From: Bacilli bacterium
GTDB taxonomy: Bacteria; Bacillota_I; Bacilli_A; RFN20; CAG-826
NCBI GenBank assembly: GCA_017445245.1
Contig: JAFSUM010000024.1
Span: 2,191-66,190, forward strand
DNA: 64,000 nt
Reading direction: 5' to 3'
Shown: positions 61,207-64,000 of the stretch, piece after piece
How positions within the stretch are numbered: position 1 is the stretch's first letter
Layout of the letters: each line of letters starts with the position of its first letter
Made by a program: the position numbers and the translations under genes
The notes under the pieces: model-generated
Seen by the model: the letters and a program-made list of their open reading frames with translations, nothing else
Told to the model about the DNA's origin: nothing
Databases searched by the model: none

Positions 61207-61846
61207 AATCTGCCATCGAAAAATGGAGAAAAACTCATTTTTTAACGCCGTTTTTACAGCAAAAAGCATTTGTTTGCGATGTTTTCTATCCTTAAAACCA
61301 ACCTATTATCGCTGGAAAGAAAACGGGACTCCGTTCCTTGCTATTTATCCATATGGGCCCGAATTCCAAAGTCTGATTTACCAATACAAAGGGTGTGGTG
61401 ACATCGAGCTGTCCACTTGCTTTTTGGAACGGGTGGAGCGGCTGTTCCGCCTCCGGTTTCATGGCTATCGTTTGGTCTACGCGCCCTCACACCGAAACAA
61501 GATTGAGGAGAGGGGTTTTGACCACGTGCCCCTTATGTTTGAGGGCCTTAAACTCACGACTCTTCACGCATTCATTAAGACCGAAGACATGAAGCAGAGC
61601 AACCTTAGTAAAAGCGAGCGCAAGAAAGTCGGGAAGCATATCAAGCTGGTGAATAAGAAAGGCATACGAGGGGCAAAAATCCTTCTCGTGGATGATATTT
61701 TCACAACCGGATCAACGATAAGGGCGTGCCTTCGTCTTCTATTGCCCTTATGCCCCAAAAAGGTGTTTGTCTTGCTCATGGCCAAGGTTCCACCTCCCTC
61801 GAAAAAGGCCCTTTCGCCTGCTCATCGTGCGAATATGCGCGCTTAA
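61166..61846 (+). CDS. comFC: ComFC/ComF-family phosphoribosyltransferase-domain protein
   Basis: 226 aa. N-terminal zinc finger CKIC...CLRC and PRT motif ILLVDDIFTTGST. Start taken as GTG 61166 because it must precede the CKIC motif; it overlaps comFA by 41 nt, so the start is uncertain. Confidence 0.7.
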   Translation: MPSKKSATAIPFCKICHRKMEKNSFFNAVFTAKSICLRCFLSLKPTYYRWKENGTPFLAIYPYGPEFQSLIYQYKGCGDIELSTCFLERVERLFRLRFHGYRLVYAPSHRNKIEERGFDHVPLMFEGLKLTTLHAFIKTEDMKQSNLSKSERKKVGKHIKLVNKKGIRGAKILLVDDIFTTGSTIRACLRLLLPLCPKKVFVLLMAKVPPPSKKALSPAHRANMRA

Positions 61847-61869
61847 GGTTGCTTACCATTTTTGCTAAA

Positions 61870-61878
61870 TGGTATGAT
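61870..61878 (+). promoter_or_regulatory. putative extended -10 promoter of secA
   Basis: TGgTATGAT. A GAAGGAG SD (61894-61900) lies 6 nt before ATG 61907. Confidence 0.35.
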
Positions 61879-61906
61879 TACCCCGCACTTTTTGAAGGAG
61901 ATATTC

Positions 61907-64000
61907 ATGGCAAATATCATCGAAGCACTGTTCCACCTGGAAAAAAGGGAACTCAAAAAACTCGAACGCGAAGCCGAAAAGGTCATGGCTCTCGAACCGG
62001 AAATCGAGGCCCTTACCGACGACCAGCTCCGCGAGAAGACCGAAGAATTCAAAGCCTATCTACGTTCTGCTGCAGATGCGGAGGAGAAAGATCGCCGCGC
62101 CGAAGAAATCAAACTGAAGGCGTTCGCCGTTGCCCGCGAAGGCGCTTGGCGTACTCTTAAACAAAAGCCCTTTAAGGTTCAAATCATCGGCTCCTTGGTA
62201 CTCAACGGCGGCAACATCGCCGAAATGCGTACCGGCGAAGGTAAAACCCTCACCGCGACCATGGCCGTTTACCATAATGCCCTCCGTGGCGATGGCGTCC
62301 ACGTCATCACCGTCAACGAATATTTGGCCGCCCGTGACGCCGAATGGATGGGCCAGGTCTATCGTTTCCTCGGTCTGACCGTCGACGTGAACCTTGCTTC
62401 CAAGACGACCGCCGAAAAGCGTGCCGCCTACCTTTGCGACATCACCTATACCACCAACTCCGAACTTGGCTTCGACTATCTCCGCGACAACATGGCCTCC
62501 TCGATGGCAGGTCGCGTCCTTCGTGGCTTGAACTTCTGCATCGTCGACGAAGCTGACTCGGTTCTCATCGACGAATCCCGCACCCCGCTTATCATTTCGG
62601 GCGGCCAAAAGGCCTCCGCGAGCCAATATCAGGTCGCGGACCGCTTCGTCAAAATGCTCCGCCGCGATGTTGATTTCACCGTCGATATCAAAACCAAGAG
62701 CTGCAACCTCACCGATTCCGGCCACGACAAAGCCGAGAAAATGTTCGGTATCCGTAACCTCTACGATCCCGAAAACCAGGATCTCGTCCACCGTATTTTC
62801 CAGGCTCTTAAGGCCAACTACATCATGTCCCGTGACGTCGAGTACATGGTCGACGCCGAACGCCAGATCCAGCTGATCGATCAATTCACCGGCCGTATCA
62901 TGAAAGGCCGCGAATATAACGATGGCCTCCAGCAGGCGATACAGGCCAAAGAAGGCGTCGAGATCAAGCAGGAAACCGTCGTCATGGCGACGATTACCTA
63001 CCAGAACTTCTTCCGTCTTTATAAAAAGCTCTCCGGCATGACCGGTACTGCCAAGACCGAAGAAGAGGAATTCGAAAAGATCTACAACATGAAGGTCATC
63101 GTCATTCCGACCAACCGTCCGGTCATTCGTATCGATGATGACGACTATATTTACGGTAGCCATGACGCGAAACTTCGCGGCCTTGTCGAAGAAGTCAAAG
63201 CCCGTCACGAAAAGAAACAACCCGTCTTGATCGGTACCTCCTCCGTCGAATCCAACGAAGAAGTTTCTGCTCTTCTTACCGCGGCTGGCGTTCCCCACGA
63301 AGTCCTCAACGCGAAAAACCAAGCGCGCGAAGCGGAAATCATTTCTCACGCCGGCGAACCTGGTGCCGTTACCCTGGCCACCAACATGGCTGGTCGTGGT
63401 ACCGACATTAAGCTAGGCGAAGGCGTCCGCGAACTCGGCGGCCTCTGCGTCTTCGGCACCGAACGCCATGAATCCCGCCGCATCGACAACCAGCTCCGCG
63501 GTCGTGCCGGACGTCAAGGTGACCCTGGTTATTCCCGCTTCTATGTCTCCTTTGACGATGACCTGATCCGCCGTTTCGTCAACGATGGCATTCGCGAGAC
63601 GTTCAAGAAACAGCTCGGCGACGACCATTGGGAAAACCGCATGATCCAAAACGTTGTCACCAATGCCCAGAAACAAATCGAAGGCCGCAACTTCGATACC
63701 CGTAAGAACCTCCTCGACTACGACGACGTTCTCGCCAAGCAGCGTCAGATCATCTATACCCGTCGCGACAACATCATGCTCGCGGGAGATATCACCGACA
63801 TGGTTCACGATTTCTTCGTCGAAACCGGCAAAAACCTCGCCAAAAAGGCGGTCACCCCGGGCCGTGACGAAGGCTTGATCAATGGCGAACAGCTCCGCAA
63901 GCTGGTCGAACCTTCTTTCGTCCCCGAGGGTACCTTCCCCTTCAAGGCGTATGATGAAGCCAGCGTCGAAGAAGGCGGCGAAGACCTCGGTGAATTCCTC
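61907..64000 (+). CDS. secA: preprotein translocase ATPase SecA, N-terminal 698 codons (3' end outside window)
   Basis: Read directly from the sequence; it is absent from the ORF track because no stop is reached. MANIIEALF..., Walker [14 protein letters not shown]-like [21 protein letters not shown]. The frame is open to base 64000. Confidence 0.95.
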   Translation, partial: MANIIEALFHLEKRELKKLEREAEKVMALEPEIEALTDDQLREKTEEFKAYLRSAADAEEKDRRAEEIKLKAFAVAREGAWRTLKQKPFKVQIIGSLVLNGGNIAEMRTGEGKTLTATMAVYHNALRGDGVHVITVNEYLAARDAEWMGQVYRFLGLTVDVNLASKTTAEKRAAYLCDITYTTNSELGFDYLRDNMASSMAGRVLRGLNFCIVDEADSVLIDESRTPLIISGGQKASASQYQVADRFVKMLRRDVDFTVDIKTKSCNLTDSGHDKAEKMFGIRNLYDPENQDLVHRIFQALKANYIMSRDVEYMVDAERQIQLIDQFTGRIMKGREYNDGLQQAIQAKEGVEIKQETVVMATITYQNFFRLYKKLSGMTGTAKTEEEEFEKIYNMKVIVIPTNRPVIRIDDDDYIYGSHDAKLRGLVEEVKARHEKKQPVLIGTSSVESNEEVSALLTAAGVPHEVLNAKNQAREAEIISHAGEPGAVTLATNMAGRGTDIKLGEGVRELGGLCVFGTERHESRRIDNQLRGRAGRQGDPGYSRFYVSFDDDLIRRFVNDGIRETFKKQLGDDHWENRMIQNVVTNAQKQIEGRNFDTRKNLLDYDDVLAKQRQIIYTRRDNIMLAGDITDMVHDFFVETGKNLAKKAVTPGRDEGLINGEQLRKLVEPSFVPEGTFPFKAYDEASVEEGGEDLGEFL

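Noticed and set aside
62060-63349. 429-aa minus-strand ORF listed in the ORF track where no plus-strand ORF is listed
   Set aside because: The plus strand here encodes an unmistakable SecA ([30 protein letters not shown]). The track omits it only because it has no stop inside the window. The minus-strand ORF is its codon-aligned antisense shadow.
1-64000. Alternative genetic code (TGA = Trp, Mollicutes code 4)
   Set aside because: TGA directly follows the universally conserved MnmE C-terminus CVGK (2287-2289). It also ends tatD, rnmV, the RluA-type synthase gene and the DUF1538 gene at family-typical lengths, often in ATGA start/stop overlaps. The standard code 11 fits.
1-64000. CRISPR arrays, tRNA/rRNA genes, transposases, integrases, prophage or defence islands
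   Set aside because: No direct-repeat/spacer periodicity was seen, and no intergenic gap larger than about 150 nt that could hold a structured RNA gene. No ORF has recombinase, transposase, restriction, Cas, toxin-antitoxin or phage structural signatures. Every large ORF is accounted for by the genes listed.

Overview
This 64-kb window is a densely packed, mostly housekeeping chromosomal segment from a Bacillota (Firmicutes)/Mollicutes-related bacterium. Lineage is inferred from gene order. It starts with yidC-jag-mnmE and then follows blocks familiar from the Bacillus subtilis origin-proximal region: tatD-rnmV-rsmA-ispE-glmU, pth-mfd-yabO-tilS-ftsH-dus-lysS, and an inverted dnaX-ybaB-recR-tmk-holB-ricT-rsmI block. 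It ends with prfA-prmC-tsaC, comFA-comFC and secA. The standard genetic code applies: TGA directly follows the conserved MnmE C-terminus CVGK and terminates several other genes at family-typical lengths. I call 57 protein-coding genes, two of them truncated by the window edges. secA is missing from the ORF track because it runs off the 3' end. By eye I find no rRNA, tRNA, CRISPR array, transposase, integrase or prophage module, and no recognisable defence system. Accessory content includes a GDP-heptose biosynthesis operon next to ppdK with a divergent FGGY kinase, and a TetR regulator plus a DUF368 (PopT-type) membrane protein. It also includes a MarR-controlled heterodimeric ABC exporter and a stress block (orphan ORF, CIRCE-controlled hsp20, copA-copZ-csoR). 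A glycosidase/phosphatase/esterase trio is followed by a tightly coupled six-gene string: patatin, RluA-type pseudouridine synthase, duplicated DUF1538 permease, two PII-like proteins and a large YfhO-type membrane protein. The best candidate for an undescribed system is the DUF1538 + two PII-like module coupled to YfhO. The most reproducible sequence-level signal is a repeated TANNNT-N6-9-ATG geometry with no Shine-Dalgarno at eight operon-first genes, which suggests leaderless mRNAs. Other oddities are a TilS with a degenerate PP-loop, a TsaC-RpiB fusion, a RicT with a His/Asn/Gln-rich tail, and several candidate operators. All functional calls rest on motif recognition by eye and none has been checked against a database.
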